In this document: piece after piece, positions 18,527 through 28,535 of the stretch | Layout: every line of letters begins with the position of its first letter | Position numbering within the stretch: position 1 is the first letter of the stretch | DNA from: Thermoplasmata archaeon | GTDB lineage: Archaea; Thermoplasmatota; Thermoplasmata; Lutacidiplasmatales; UBA184 | Direction: 5' to 3' | Assembly: GCA_035622275.1 (NCBI GenBank) | Contig: DASPVQ010000020.1 | Coordinates: forward strand, 2,494-66,493 | DNA length: 64,000 nucleotides | Notes under the pieces: generated by a model | Seen by the model: only the letters and a program-made list of their open reading frames with translations | What the model was told of the DNA's origin: nothing | The model's database searches: none | Translations under genes and position numbers: made by a program

Positions 18527-21500
18527 ATGCAGCGTAGGGAGAGCCTCACCGGCGCCGCGATCGCGGTCGCCGTAGCGCTCGCGATGCTGCTGTCAGCGTC
18601 CGCGGGTCCTCTCATGGGTTCGGCCGCGGCGCCGGGCCCCTCGACGGTCTCCTCGGAGCGTGCGGACACATCCCCGCGGGCCACCCCCTCCCCTCGGGTC
18701 GGTACCGCTGCGCCGAACGCGGCGGCCGCGGGCGCCGACGGGCGGGGCGCGGTACCCTCGATCCCTCCGCTCGCCGCGCTGCATCTCGCGCCCGCGCCCG
18801 CCCAGGGTGCCGGAAGCGAGGTCCGAGCCGTCACGTATCTCGCGGCGGCCTCGCTGGCAACCTCCGCCGCGAACAGCTACGACCCTGAGGACTGGTTGGT
18901 CTCCCTCGGCGTCGCGATCGACGAGCCGCTGAACTTGGTGGGCACGATCACCAACACGACGTTCGGGCTCTGTCCCGACCATCTGATCGTGCCCGTGCCC
19001 TCCGCCCTCACCATCTGGGGAACACCGGCATCCGCCGCACTGGGTACGTCCGCGTTCTTCGAGTTCTTCCTGACCTCCTCGAACGTCCCCGCGACCACGT
19101 TGTTCGGCATCGTGGACAACGACACGGCCGAGATGATCTACTGGACGCCGAACCTGCAGATCGACGACACCACCTGCGGCACCCTCTTCGGCACGCCGTG
19201 GGGCTCGTCGACGGTCATCGATTCGCCCGCCGCGGTGACGATGGCGAACTCGGTCGGCGGGAGCGCGTTCCTCGCCTCCCACCCGGGAGCGAGCGAGCTG
19301 TGGGAGTTCGTCCCGGTCGAGCCGGCATTCGTCGCCGGCACGCTCTACAAGCAGCCCGCCGCCTGGGTGATCGAGTACGAGACGGGAGGCACCTGCGGGA
19401 TCTTCAACGCTCCCGGAGGCGGGCTCGAGTTCGAGGCAGAGATCGACGCGCTGACGGGTGCCGTTCTGTCGACTTATTCCGGCGCCTGCGGGCTCGAGCT
19501 GCCCGTCACGTTCGTCGAGACCGGGCTGCCGAGCGGGACCGTCTGGAGCGTTCAGACTCCCGACCAGACCAACTCCTCCGCGACGGACACGATCGGCTTT
19601 GCCTGGGAGAACGGGACCATAACCTACGGGATCGTCGGTGTCCCGGGGTACTCCGCGTCGCCGGCCTACGGGATGGTCGATGTGAACGGCGCGGCGATCC
19701 GCGTCACGATCGCGTTCGCTCCGGCGACCACCGAGCCGGTGACCTTCACCGAATCCGGGCTCCTCGCGAACGCTGGCTGGCTGGTCGAGCTGAACGACAC
19801 CTTCGAAGTCTCCTCGACCAACTCGATCTCGTTCTCCGAGCCCGCCGGAATCTACGCCTTCACGGTGTACGGCCCGGCGACCGGTTACCTGCTGAGCCCG
19901 ACGAACGGCAACGTGACGGTCTCCGGAGAACCGGCGTCGGTCCCGGTAGATTTCACCGCGCTCGCGTCCTACACGATCTCGTTCACCGAGACCGGTCTTC
20001 CCGCGGGGACCTGTTGGGGGGTCGAGGCGATCGGGCCGGACTTCCTCGTGTCGAGCTTCTCCACCAAGACCACCGTCAACGTCAGCGCCGGGAACGGGAC
20101 GTACGACTACCTGGGAGGCGCGTTCGCCCCCAACTACAACACGAGCGCGGCGTACCAGCACGTGACGGTCGCCGGATCCCCCGTTCCCGTGAGCGTGCCC
20201 TTCACCCCGCAGGCCCTGTACGCGGTGACGTTCACGGAGACCGGGCTCCCGAGCGGAACCCCGTGGATCGTCGGGAACAGCGAGTCGCTCCTCCTGGTGA
20301 ACTCCTCGAGCGGTTCGAGCATCGGTTTCCTCCTGCCGAACGGCTCGTTCCCCTTCGTCGTGGGACTCGTCTCGGCCTACGACCGTTCGCCGGCCAGTGG
20401 GACTCTCGCCATCGAGGGGTCCGCGATGTCGCAGATGGTCGCGTTCACGCGCAACGCCTCCGAGGCCGAGTACGGCGTGGCCTTCGTCGAGTCGAACCTC
20501 CCCGGCGGGACGGCCTGGAACGTCACGGTGGGGGTCGAAACGATCTCGACCACCACGTCCACGGTCGACTTCGAACTGATCAACGGATCGTACGCGTTCT
20601 CCGTCAGCTCGGTGCCCGGGTTCACCCGTAGTCCCTCGAGCGGCGACGTCGTGGTGGAGGGGGCGCCCGTTTCCCAATCGATCACGTTCTCCTCGACGTC
20701 GATCGTTCTCTACACCGTGACCTTCACCGAGACCGGTCTCCAGGCCGGAACCATGTGGTCGGTGATGCTCTCGATCGAGACCAACTTCTCGACGACGGCC
20801 AGCGTCACGTTCGCGGAAGGCGACGGATCGTACGCCTTCACCGTGACGAGCATCGCCGGCTACGAGGTCTCGCCCGCGACCGGAACCGTCGTCGTGGACA
20901 GCGCAGCGGCGATCGAGAGGATCACGTTCTCGCGCCTGTATTCCGCTTCGTTCCGCGAGTCGGGCCTGCCCGTCGGCACGGAATGGTCCGTCTCACTGAA
21001 CGGCTCGCTGAACTCCTCGACCATCGACCTGGTCGGCTTCAGCGTCCCGGCCGGCGACTACCCGTACTCGATCGCGTCGTTCGGCCGCTGGCTCCCGCAG
21101 CCCGCTCAGGGCAATCTGAACGTCTCGGGCCCGGGAGCGACGGTCGCGATCGCCTTCGTCTACGCCTACGAAGTCCTTTTCGATCGGCCCGGGGGAGTCC
21201 CGTCGGGGTCGGAGTGGTCGGTGATCCTGTCCGGCTCGGGCCTCCTCACGATCGCGCGCGCGCCGGCCGCGTCGCTCAGCCGGAGCTCGACGCTTCCCAC
21301 GATCTCGTTCGAGGAACCGAACGGTACCTACTCCTACACCGTGCTCGTGGCGTCCGATCCCAGCTACAGTGCGTCGGGCAGCGTCACGATCTCGGGCAAT
21401 TCGCCCGCCGTGACGCCACCCGTCCTGGCGGGTCCGGCCCCCGCGAGCAGCCCGCCGACGAACTACTGGATGTACACCGCCCTCGGAGCCATGGTCGTGG

Positions 21501-21586
21501 CGGTGATCCTCGGCATCGCCCTCGTTCTTATGCGTCGGGGGTCCCCGCCGCCCGACCCTCCGTACGACCCGGTCCGCCGTCGGTGA
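18527..21586 (+). CDS. Large cell-surface protein with 8 Thermoplasmata-type beta-sandwich repeats and a C-terminal TM anchor
   Basis: Signal peptide; 8 repeats of VTFxE(T/S)GLPxGTxWxV...NG(T/S)Y; many NxS/T sequons; Pro-rich linker, TM helix, then RR. Confidence 0.88.
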   Translation: MQRRESLTGAAIAVAVALAMLLSASAGPLMGSAAAPGPSTVSSERADTSPRATPSPRVGTAAPNAAAAGADGRGAVPSIPPLAALHLAPAPAQGAGSEVRAVTYLAAASLATSAANSYDPEDWLVSLGVAIDEPLNLVGTITNTTFGLCPDHLIVPVPSALTIWGTPASAALGTSAFFEFFLTSSNVPATTLFGIVDNDTAEMIYWTPNLQIDDTTCGTLFGTPWGSSTVIDSPAAVTMANSVGGSAFLASHPGASELWEFVPVEPAFVAGTLYKQPAAWVIEYETGGTCGIFNAPGGGLEFEAEIDALTGAVLSTYSGACGLELPVTFVETGLPSGTVWSVQTPDQTNSSATDTIGFAWENGTITYGIVGVPGYSASPAYGMVDVNGAAIRVTIAFAPATTEPVTFTESGLLANAGWLVELNDTFEVSSTNSISFSEPAGIYAFTVYGPATGYLLSPTNGNVTVSGEPASVPVDFTALASYTISFTETGLPAGTCWGVEAIGPDFLVSSFSTKTTVNVSAGNGTYDYLGGAFAPNYNTSAAYQHVTVAGSPVPVSVPFTPQALYAVTFTETGLPSGTPWIVGNSESLLLVNSSSGSSIGFLLPNGSFPFVVGLVSAYDRSPASGTLAIEGSAMSQMVAFTRNASEAEYGVAFVESNLPGGTAWNVTVGVETISTTTSTVDFELINGSYAFSVSSVPGFTRSPSSGDVVVEGAPVSQSITFSSTSIVLYTVTFTETGLQAGTMWSVMLSIETNFSTTASVTFAEGDGSYAFTVTSIAGYEVSPATGTVVVDSAAAIERITFSRLYSASFRESGLPVGTEWSVSLNGSLNSSTIDLVGFSVPAGDYPYSIASFGRWLPQPAQGNLNVSGPGATVAIAFVYAYEVLFDRPGGVPSGSEWSVILSGSGLLTIARAPAASLSRSSTLPTISFEEPNGTYSYTVLVASDPSYSASGSVTISGNSPAVTPPVLAGPAPASSPPTNYWMYTALGAMVVAVILGIALVLMRRGSPPPDPPYDPVRRR

Positions 21587-21687
21587 GCACGATCGGTGCC
21601 AGCCGGGGCGGCTCTCGGCGGCCGACGGACCTGGGCCGTGTTGGGCCCCGGTCACGTCTCGACACCTTCCGTCGGCGGGTCGGGCAG

Positions 21688-21695
21688 TTAAATTA
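21688..21695 (+). promoter_or_regulatory. Archaeal TATA box (leaderless transcript)
   Basis: TTAAATTA 21-28 nt upstream of the GTG at 21716. Confidence 0.65.
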
Positions 21696-21715
21696 GGCGA
21701 CGGCGATTCCCGAGC

Positions 21716-23680
21716 GTGACGGGTACCCGTCGTCTCGCCGCCATCATGTTCACCGACATGGTCGGCTACACCGCCGCGACCCAGTCGGACGAGACGGGAG
21801 CGCTGCGCCGGCGCGCCGAGCAGGAGACCCTATTGCTGCCGGTCGTGGGGGAGCATGGCGGCCGCAAGGTGAAGTCCACCGGCGACGGCGTCCTGCTCGA
21901 GTTCGGTAGCGCGCTCAAGGCGACGCAGTGCGCGATCGAGATCCAGCGCCGGGTGCGGGAGCGTAACGCCCGCTCTGGCCAGACCCCGATCGAGATGCGG
22001 ATCGGCATCCATCTGGGCGACGTGGAGGTGCAGGACGGCGACATCTTCGGCGACGCCGTGAACCTCGCGGCGCGGGTCGAACCGCTGGCCGAGCCCGGCG
22101 GAGTCTGCCTCTCGGAGGAGGTCTTCTCCCAGGTCCGCAACAAGATTCCCGTCACGATGGAAAAGCTTCCCGCCCAGGACCTCAAGGGCGTCCGGTTCCC
22201 GGTCACGGTGTATCGGGTGCGGATGCCGTGGACCGCTCCCGATGGCCCGGCGAGCCCTGGCGACTCCCAGCGCCTGGCCGTGCTGCCGTTCGCGAACTTC
22301 AGCCCCGATCCCCACGACGAGTACTTCGCGGACGGGCTCACGGACGAGCTGATCACCGTGCTGGCCCAGCTGCAGAGCGTCCGCGTCGTCGCGCGCACGT
22401 CGGTCTTCCAGTACAAGGGGACCACGAAGACCGTCGCCCAGATCGGCTCCGAGCTCGACGTCGCGTCCGTGCTGGAAGGCAGCGTGCGCAAGTCGGACGG
22501 GCGCATCCGGGTGACCGCGCAGCTCATCGACGTGCGCACGCAGGATCACACCTGGGCGGAGTCCTACGACCGGAACCTCTCCGACGTTCTCGAGGTCCAG
22601 TCGGACGTGGCGAAGGAGGTCGCGAAGGCGCTCAAGGTCCGGATCCGGAGCCCCGACGCCCGGGGCCCGGAGGGCAATCGTCCGGTGCAGTCGGAGTCGT
22701 ATCTCGCGTATCTCCGGGGCCGCGCCCTGTTCCTGGAGTCCTTCTCGGAACCGAACCTCAAGGAGGCCCAGTGGCAGTTCGAACGGGCGGTGTCGCTCGA
22801 CCCCAGCAACGCCCGAGCCTACGCCGGGCTATCCGAGGCCACGCACCTCTTGGGCCTCTTCTACGGCCGCCGATCGAAGTCGGAGAACCTCCGCGCGGCG
22901 CGTCAATTCGCCGAGCGGGCCATCGAACTGGATCCGGGCCTGGCCGAGGGTCACAGCGCCCTCGGGCTGGTCCTCTACGACGACCTGGAGTGGGACGGGG
23001 CGGAGCAGGAGGCGCTGGTCGCGCTGGGGCTGAACCCGAGCTACTCGACCGCGCGCCTGTGGTATTCCCTCCTGCTCCAAGAGGAGGGCCGGGTCGACGA
23101 CGCCCTCTCCCAGATGCGAGAGGCGTACGCGTTGGATCCGCAGTCCCGGCAGATCTGCGGTCTGTACACCTTCCTGTTGCTGGTGCTCGAGAGGACCGCC
23201 GAAGTCGAGCCCGTCCTGGAGAAGCTCCGGAGCCTCGACCCGACCGGCCACGAATACCACATGTTCCGGGGCTGGACGCTCTACCTTCGGGGCGATGTCG
23301 ACGGCGCGTTCCGGGAGATCGCCCTGGGCGAGTCCTGTCCCGCCGATCGGCCCGGCGGCCGGGTCGGGGCCTCGTACGAGCGGGCCCAGCTGTACGCCCT
23401 GACCGGCCAGAAGGACCGGGCTCGCGCCCTGATCGCGGAGATTCCGCCCGCGCCCGAGCTGGCCCACCCTCTCATGGATCGGGCGATCACCTATGGGTAC
23501 TTGGGCGACCTCGACGAGTGCTTTCGGCTGCTGAACGAGCAGTACGACATCGGCCACGGAATGCCGCTCCAACGAGTCCGACTTGATCCGAGCCTCAAGG
23601 CGTTGCGCGCGGACTCTCGGTTCGCCGCGTTGCTCAAACTCACGAAGATCCCTGAGGCCTACCGCGGCACCGACCCCTGA
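21716..23680 (+). CDS. Class III adenylate/guanylate cyclase + TolB-like domain + TPR repeats
   Basis: RRLAAIMFTDMVG, KSTGDG, DIFGDAVNLAAR, LKG; LAVLPFANFS..DEYFADG; TPRs. Confidence 0.93.
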   Translation: MTGTRRLAAIMFTDMVGYTAATQSDETGALRRRAEQETLLLPVVGEHGGRKVKSTGDGVLLEFGSALKATQCAIEIQRRVRERNARSGQTPIEMRIGIHLGDVEVQDGDIFGDAVNLAARVEPLAEPGGVCLSEEVFSQVRNKIPVTMEKLPAQDLKGVRFPVTVYRVRMPWTAPDGPASPGDSQRLAVLPFANFSPDPHDEYFADGLTDELITVLAQLQSVRVVARTSVFQYKGTTKTVAQIGSELDVASVLEGSVRKSDGRIRVTAQLIDVRTQDHTWAESYDRNLSDVLEVQSDVAKEVAKALKVRIRSPDARGPEGNRPVQSESYLAYLRGRALFLESFSEPNLKEAQWQFERAVSLDPSNARAYAGLSEATHLLGLFYGRRSKSENLRAARQFAERAIELDPGLAEGHSALGLVLYDDLEWDGAEQEALVALGLNPSYSTARLWYSLLLQEEGRVDDALSQMREAYALDPQSRQICGLYTFLLLVLERTAEVEPVLEKLRSLDPTGHEYHMFRGWTLYLRGDVDGAFREIALGESCPADRPGGRVGASYERAQLYALTGQKDRARALIAEIPPAPELAHPLMDRAITYGYLGDLDECFRLLNEQYDIGHGMPLQRVRLDPSLKALRADSRFAALLKLTKIPEAYRGTDP

Positions 23681-23758
23681 GGTCCGGGTCGGACGGCGCG
23701 GGGTCCTATCGCCCGCGCCCGGGCGAGGACGCCCGACCCCGCATTCCACCCCGTCGCG

Positions 23759-24454
23759 CTAGGACCGACGGATCCGCTTCATCAGCGAGGCCGGGGTGCC
23801 GGAGAGCACCCTCGTGATCTTCGACTCCGGCACGCCAGCGCCGAGCGCGATGCGTCGGGCGAAGTTCCACGGAACGAGTTGATCCGGCGCGTGGGCGTCC
23901 GAGTCCACCACGAGCTCAGCACCGGCCTCTAGGGCCACGCGCACGACGTGCCCGTTGGTCAGCGCGTGCCCCCGGCGGGCGGAGATCTCGAGCACCACCC
24001 CGTTGGCCCTCGCGAGAGCGGCGTCGCGGGGCTCGAGCAGACCGGGGTGGGCGAGCACGTCGACCTCGCCGGATTCGAGGGCCGCGCGGTTGGTCCCCGG
24101 CGGCACGTGCTCGGCGATCGACTCTCCATGAACGATCACGATCTCGGCGCCGCTGGCCCGGGCCGCCCGGGCGGCCTCGGCGATGCGCCGGGGCGGTACC
24201 TTCGTCAGCTCCACGCCGACCACGGGCACGAACGCCCGGTCCTCCCAGGCACGGGCCTCCTGGTGGAGCCGGTCGAGGAGCGACCGGGGATCTTCGAGCG
24301 AGATGTGATCGGTGAGCGCGAGCGCGCGATGGGCGAGCGCCTCCGCCTCGTTCCACATGTCGGTCGCGGAGCTGGCGCCGTCCGAAAGGTACGAATGGGA
24401 GTGGAAGTCCGTCCGGAGCGGGGTCGAGTTCCGCGGGGACGTCGCTCGGTCCAC
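23759..24454 (-). CDS. PHP-domain phosphatase (archaeal histidinol-phosphatase-like family)
   Basis: DFHSHSYLSDG, LTDH, GVELT, VHGE, LAHPG, DSDAH. Confidence 0.88.
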   Translation of the reverse strand: MDRATSPRNSTPLRTDFHSHSYLSDGASSATDMWNEAEALAHRALALTDHISLEDPRSLLDRLHQEARAWEDRAFVPVVGVELTKVPPRRIAEAARAARASGAEIVIVHGESIAEHVPPGTNRAALESGEVDVLAHPGLLEPRDAALARANGVVLEISARRGHALTNGHVVRVALEAGAELVVDSDAHAPDQLVPWNFARRIALGAGVPESKITRVLSGTPASLMKRIRRS

Positions 24455-24702
24455 GGCCGAGCGAGCCCGCGAGCGATTTAGCGGTTGGTGCTGACGGACC
24501 CCCGGGGCTGCGAGGGGCCACCGGACTTTCCACCGCGGACGCCGCCGGCGATCCGAACCACGGCACCCTAAGGGCGGGCCCCCATCTCCGGCACCACCTC
24601 GTCGCGGTGGGGTGGACTGGAGCCTGGCGGCCGCGCGAGCCGTCATCGACCCGGGCGCCCGATCTCCAGAAACTATAATCGAATCGGGGCCGTCGCGCCG
24701 AC

Positions 24703-26001
24703 ATGGCGACCAGGATCGAGGCCGATGTCCTGATTCCCGGAGCGGGAGATCCGATCCGGAACGGCTGCGTCGTGATGGAAGGGTCGAGCATCGTCTATGC
24801 CGGCCCTGTGGAGGGCTCGCCACGGGCCGGCTCGTCGGATACCACCGTCTCCGTGCCCGCGGTGCTCCCGGGCCTTTGGGATTGCCACACGCATTTCCTG
24901 GGAGTTCGCAACTTATCCACGCAGGAGCAGGTCTACACACCGTACAGCGTGGCCCTCGCCCGCACGGTCAAGGATGCCGAGAAGGCCCTGCGGGCGGGCG
25001 TCACGTCCGTGCGGGAGCTCGCGGGGACCGGGATCCACCTCCGTCGCGCGGTCGACGAAGGGACGATCCCCGGCCCGCACATCTATGCCTCGGGCACCCT
25101 CCTCAGTCCCACCGGCGGGCACGGGGACGCGCACGCGATGCCCATCGAGTTCGTCCACTACTGGGCCAACCTGCGCGAGGTCCCGGGCCCCTGCGACGGA
25201 GTCCCCGAGTGCCTGCGGGCCGTGCGCAAGGTGCTGCGGCTGGGGGCGTCCGTGGTGAAGATCTGCGCGTCCGGCGGCGTACTGAGCGACGTGGACGACC
25301 CCCGACACCAGCAGTTCTCGGACGAGGAGTTGCGGGCGATCGTCGAGGAGGCGGCCCGGGCGGAGCGCATCGTCGCGGCGCACGCGATCGGGAAGGCGGG
25401 GATCATGGCGGCGTTGAGGGCGGGCGTCAAGACGATCGAGCACGGTCACCACCTGGACGACGAGGCGGCCGATCTCATGATCGAGAAGGGGGCCATCCTG
25501 GTCCCGACCCTCTCGATCGTCGTGAACACGCTGGCGGCCGGTGAGAAGTCCGGGCTTCCCGACTTCCTGTTGCAGAAGGCGCGAGGGCTCAAGGACCAGA
25601 TCCGGGTCGCCCTGCGGTTGGCGGTCCGTCGTAAGGTCCCGATCGCGATGGGGTCGGACATCCTCGGCTCGAGCGAGGCCGCGCCGGTGTACTGGGGGGC
25701 CCACGGCCGGGAGCTGGCCCTGATGGTACACGAGATGGGCATGACGCCCTTCGAAGCGATCCGCTCGGCGACGGCGATCGCCCCGATGACGCTGGGCCCG
25801 CAGGCCCCGAAATCGGGCCAGCTCAAGGCCGGGTTTGCGGCCGACGTCATCGCCGTTGAGGAAGATCCCCTCCGGCGCATCGAGGTGCTGGGCGAGCCCG
25901 AGCGCATCCTGAAGGTCTGGAAGGACGGACAGTTGGCCGTGGACCGTTCCGTCCCGGCCGGCCCCTCGGCACGTCCGCGCTCGCGCAAGGGCCGAACGTA
26001 G
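24703..26001 (+). CDS. Metal-dependent amidohydrolase (Xaa-Pro dipeptidase-like)
   Basis: PGLWDCHTH, VKICASGG, AAHA, IEHG, MGSD, G..ADVIAV..DP; TATAAT about 25 nt upstream. Confidence 0.92.
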   Translation: MATRIEADVLIPGAGDPIRNGCVVMEGSSIVYAGPVEGSPRAGSSDTTVSVPAVLPGLWDCHTHFLGVRNLSTQEQVYTPYSVALARTVKDAEKALRAGVTSVRELAGTGIHLRRAVDEGTIPGPHIYASGTLLSPTGGHGDAHAMPIEFVHYWANLREVPGPCDGVPECLRAVRKVLRLGASVVKICASGGVLSDVDDPRHQQFSDEELRAIVEEAARAERIVAAHAIGKAGIMAALRAGVKTIEHGHHLDDEAADLMIEKGAILVPTLSIVVNTLAAGEKSGLPDFLLQKARGLKDQIRVALRLAVRRKVPIAMGSDILGSSEAAPVYWGAHGRELALMVHEMGMTPFEAIRSATAIAPMTLGPQAPKSGQLKAGFAADVIAVEEDPLRRIEVLGEPERILKVWKDGQLAVDRSVPAGPSARPRSRKGRT

Positions 26002-26030
26002 GAACCGGGTCCTTCCGCGTCGAGCCCTGC

Positions 26031-26603
26031 ATGGACGGCTATCGCGGGACCACCCTGCGACGCGTGATCTGGTCCCGGGACCTCGAAGCCGTCCGGCCAC
26101 TGTTCGTGAACTACCGCCGCTGGCTCGCGGACCACCAGGATCCGGCGCGCTCGGCGAGATCGCGGGTCGCCGCCGGTCTCGCCGAGATCGACCGGCAGAT
26201 TTCCCAGCTTCCCGGAGAGTTCGAGCCGCCGCGGGGGGACGTCATCCTTGCCGCTGCCGAGAACGATATCGTGGCCCTGGGCGCGCTCCGGGAGCTAGCG
26301 CCGAAGCTGGGGGAGATCAAGCGCATCCACGTACGCGCGGACCATCGGGGACCGGAATTCGGCCCGATCCTCACGCGCGCGCTGCTCGAGCGCGCCGGGG
26401 AACTCGGTTGGGAGCGCGTTCGCGTCGACACCCTGCCCACGATGGAGGCCGCGATCCAGTTCTATCAGGACCTCGGTTTCCGCGCCATCGACGCCTACTG
26501 GCCACATCCGGCGGCCGGGGCGTTGTTCTTCGAGTGCCACCTGGCTCGGCGCCGCCGCCGACCGACCGCGCCGTCGGCTCACGCGCGGGGCGATTCCACT
26601 TGA
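26031..26603 (+). CDS. GNAT family N-acetyltransferase
   Basis: EIKRIHVR..HRG...G, DTLPTMEAAI.FY..LGF. Confidence 0.88.
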   Translation: MDGYRGTTLRRVIWSRDLEAVRPLFVNYRRWLADHQDPARSARSRVAAGLAEIDRQISQLPGEFEPPRGDVILAAAENDIVALGALRELAPKLGEIKRIHVRADHRGPEFGPILTRALLERAGELGWERVRVDTLPTMEAAIQFYQDLGFRAIDAYWPHPAAGALFFECHLARRRRRPTAPSAHARGDST

Positions 26604-26706
26604 CCGGCTCCGAAGACGACAAACCGGCCGGAGGCCGTGCCCGCCGCCCCGGTCGGCCGCGGGAACGATCGGACCCCTCCCGCGGGCCGCCGCCTCCGGC
26701 CCCTCG

Positions 26707-27117
26707 TCAGGCGAACTCGCCGACCGGCCGCAGGAACCGAAGCACGTACCCATCCGGGTCGTTCACCATGAACGCGGTGCCGTACGGCCGCTTCGACAGG
26801 CGGGATTCGATCGTGAATTTGGCCTTCCGTGCCTTCGCGTAGATCCTCTCGACCGCGCGCAACTCCACCGTCACGATGACCCCGGCGCCGAGGGGAGTGC
26901 TGACCCAGCGGGCGTAGTCGTCGTCGCGTCCCCGCATGCGATCCTCGGGGATCCGCCCCAGCGCGATCACGGCGTCTCCGATGCCGACGCCCGCGTAGGT
27001 CCGCTTGCCATCGTCGCCCTTCCACTCCCAGCGGAGGTCGAACCCCAACTGCTCGTAGAAGCGCACCGACCGGTCCACGTCTCGAACGTTGAACATGGCG
27101 CTCATTTCGGCCTTCAT
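26707..27117 (-). CDS. VOC/glyoxalase family protein
   Basis: VRDVDRSVRFYEQLGF...PYG..FMVNDPDGY. Confidence 0.9.
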   Translation of the reverse strand: MKAEMSAMFNVRDVDRSVRFYEQLGFDLRWEWKGDDGKRTYAGVGIGDAVIALGRIPEDRMRGRDDDYARWVSTPLGAGVIVTVELRAVERIYAKARKAKFTIESRLSKRPYGTAFMVNDPDGYVLRFLRPVGEFA

Positions 27118-27244
27118 AGCGTGTCCTCGAGCCGCCAACCCCGACGGCGTCATGTCGTTTCCACCCGCGCCCGCCGGACGGCGCCCGCCCTCGCGCGCAC
27201 CGGCCGCGCCGTCACCCACCCGGCGGCGGCAGGACCGACGCCGC

Positions 27245-27949
27245 TCACCGAGGAGGAGGTTGCCGGCCGACGCGACGGACCAGTCGTGCCGTGTACCCCG
27301 ACAGGGCCGCGAGCGGCCGGTTCGAGCGCTTCACCTGGGCCGTGAGACGGACCGCACGGGGCCGGTGTTCGATCCGGTCCACCACGAACCTCGACTCGAG
27401 CGGCTCGACCACCTCGCCCACGGAGAGCCGGTGCGGTGGCCCCCACGATCCCGATTCCTCCCGGCCCACCCAGAACAGGATCAGCACCCCGCCGGGGCGC
27501 AACACGCGGGCGAGTCCCTGCGCGTACTCCGCTCGCGTCCTCGGCGGCAGAGTCTGAAAGCATCCGACGTCGATGGCGCCACGGAACGAGCGACCCGGCA
27601 GCGCGCTCGCCAGGATGTCGTCGACGACGAACCGGACGTTCCGCCCGCTCGGCGTCCCTCGGGCCGCGGCGGCCGAGATGGCGCCGGGCGCGAGGTCGAT
27701 CCCGGTCACGCGAAACCCTCGCGATGCCATCCATAGGGCGTTCGTGCCGAGCCCGCATCCGACATCGAGCACGGGCCCGGGACCTACCAGGTCTCCTCGC
27801 TCCACCGCCCGCACGAGCGGCGGGTACGGTGCTCGGGTGAACCAGGGTAGATGTTGCAGTGGCGAGTTCGCATACAGGCGGGTCCACATCGCCCGATCCG
27901 CCGCGGGCATGCCGACCCGGGGGCGGGGGGCGCTCCGTCGCTGGACCAT
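27245..27949 (-). CDS. Class I SAM methyltransferase (TPMT/TehB-like)
   Basis: LPWF, VLDVGCGLGTN, DVGCF..LP, LRPGG, GPPHR. Confidence 0.88.
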   Translation of the reverse strand: MVQRRSAPRPRVGMPAADRAMWTRLYANSPLQHLPWFTRAPYPPLVRAVERGDLVGPGPVLDVGCGLGTNALWMASRGFRVTGIDLAPGAISAAAARGTPSGRNVRFVVDDILASALPGRSFRGAIDVGCFQTLPPRTRAEYAQGLARVLRPGGVLILFWVGREESGSWGPPHRLSVGEVVEPLESRFVVDRIEHRPRAVRLTAQVKRSNRPLAALSGYTARLVRRVGRQPPPR

Positions 27950-28081
27950 CGTCGTCGGCCAGCCGTGGGCCGCATGAATAGCTGATCGATGTGGACCACC
28001 GTGCTCCGGGGGACCGCACGTGCGAGGGAACGCCTCTCGCACCGCGCTCGGGGTGGTGACCGGGTACTCGCGTCGGGCCGG

Positions 28082-28128
28082 GGGCGCCGATAAGACCGAC
28101 TCGAGCAGGGGCGGTCTTATCGGCGCCC
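28082..28128. repeat. Perfect 17-bp inverted repeat with 13-nt spacer
   Basis: GGGCGCCGATAAGACCG (28082-28098) / CGGTCTTATCGGCGCCC (28112-28128). Confidence 0.85.
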
Positions 28129-28535
28129 GGCGGTCGAGATCCGGTTCGAGCCCACCGGGAATCTCCGGCGTGTGCCCAACGAGATCTCGGACGGGCGTGG
28201 GTCGTGCGCTCCCGAGCTCGAGTGTTTTGCCGACCTTCCCGGCCCGGGCTCCGAGTCCGCGGACCCGCGGCCGGAAGGCTTGACGGTCGCCTTCACGGGA
28301 AGCGGCGACGCTCACGCCGCGACGCGATCGGGCGGGAGCCGGAAGCGAGGGAGACCACGTCAGCGCGCGCACGCCCCGCCCGGCCCCGGTCGTGAGCGCC
28401 GGCACGCCGGAGGGCGCGCCCGACGGGGCGCTCCCATTTCCCCAGGGAATCGCGGGTACGCGTGCGTCCTACTTTCGTTCCCCTATCCTCTCTTAACCGT
28501 CTCGGGATGTCGGGACTGCCTCTCCGAGTCGGAAG

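Noticed and set aside
19500..21400. Recurrent ACCTTCACCGAGACCGG-like DNA repeats, a possible CRISPR or tandem array
   Set aside because: Degenerate, about 240 bp apart and in frame; they encode the surface-protein repeats
28136..28165. GGTTCGAGCCC resembling a tRNA T-loop
   Set aside because: No 5-bp T stem, D arm, anticodon arm or acceptor stem could be built
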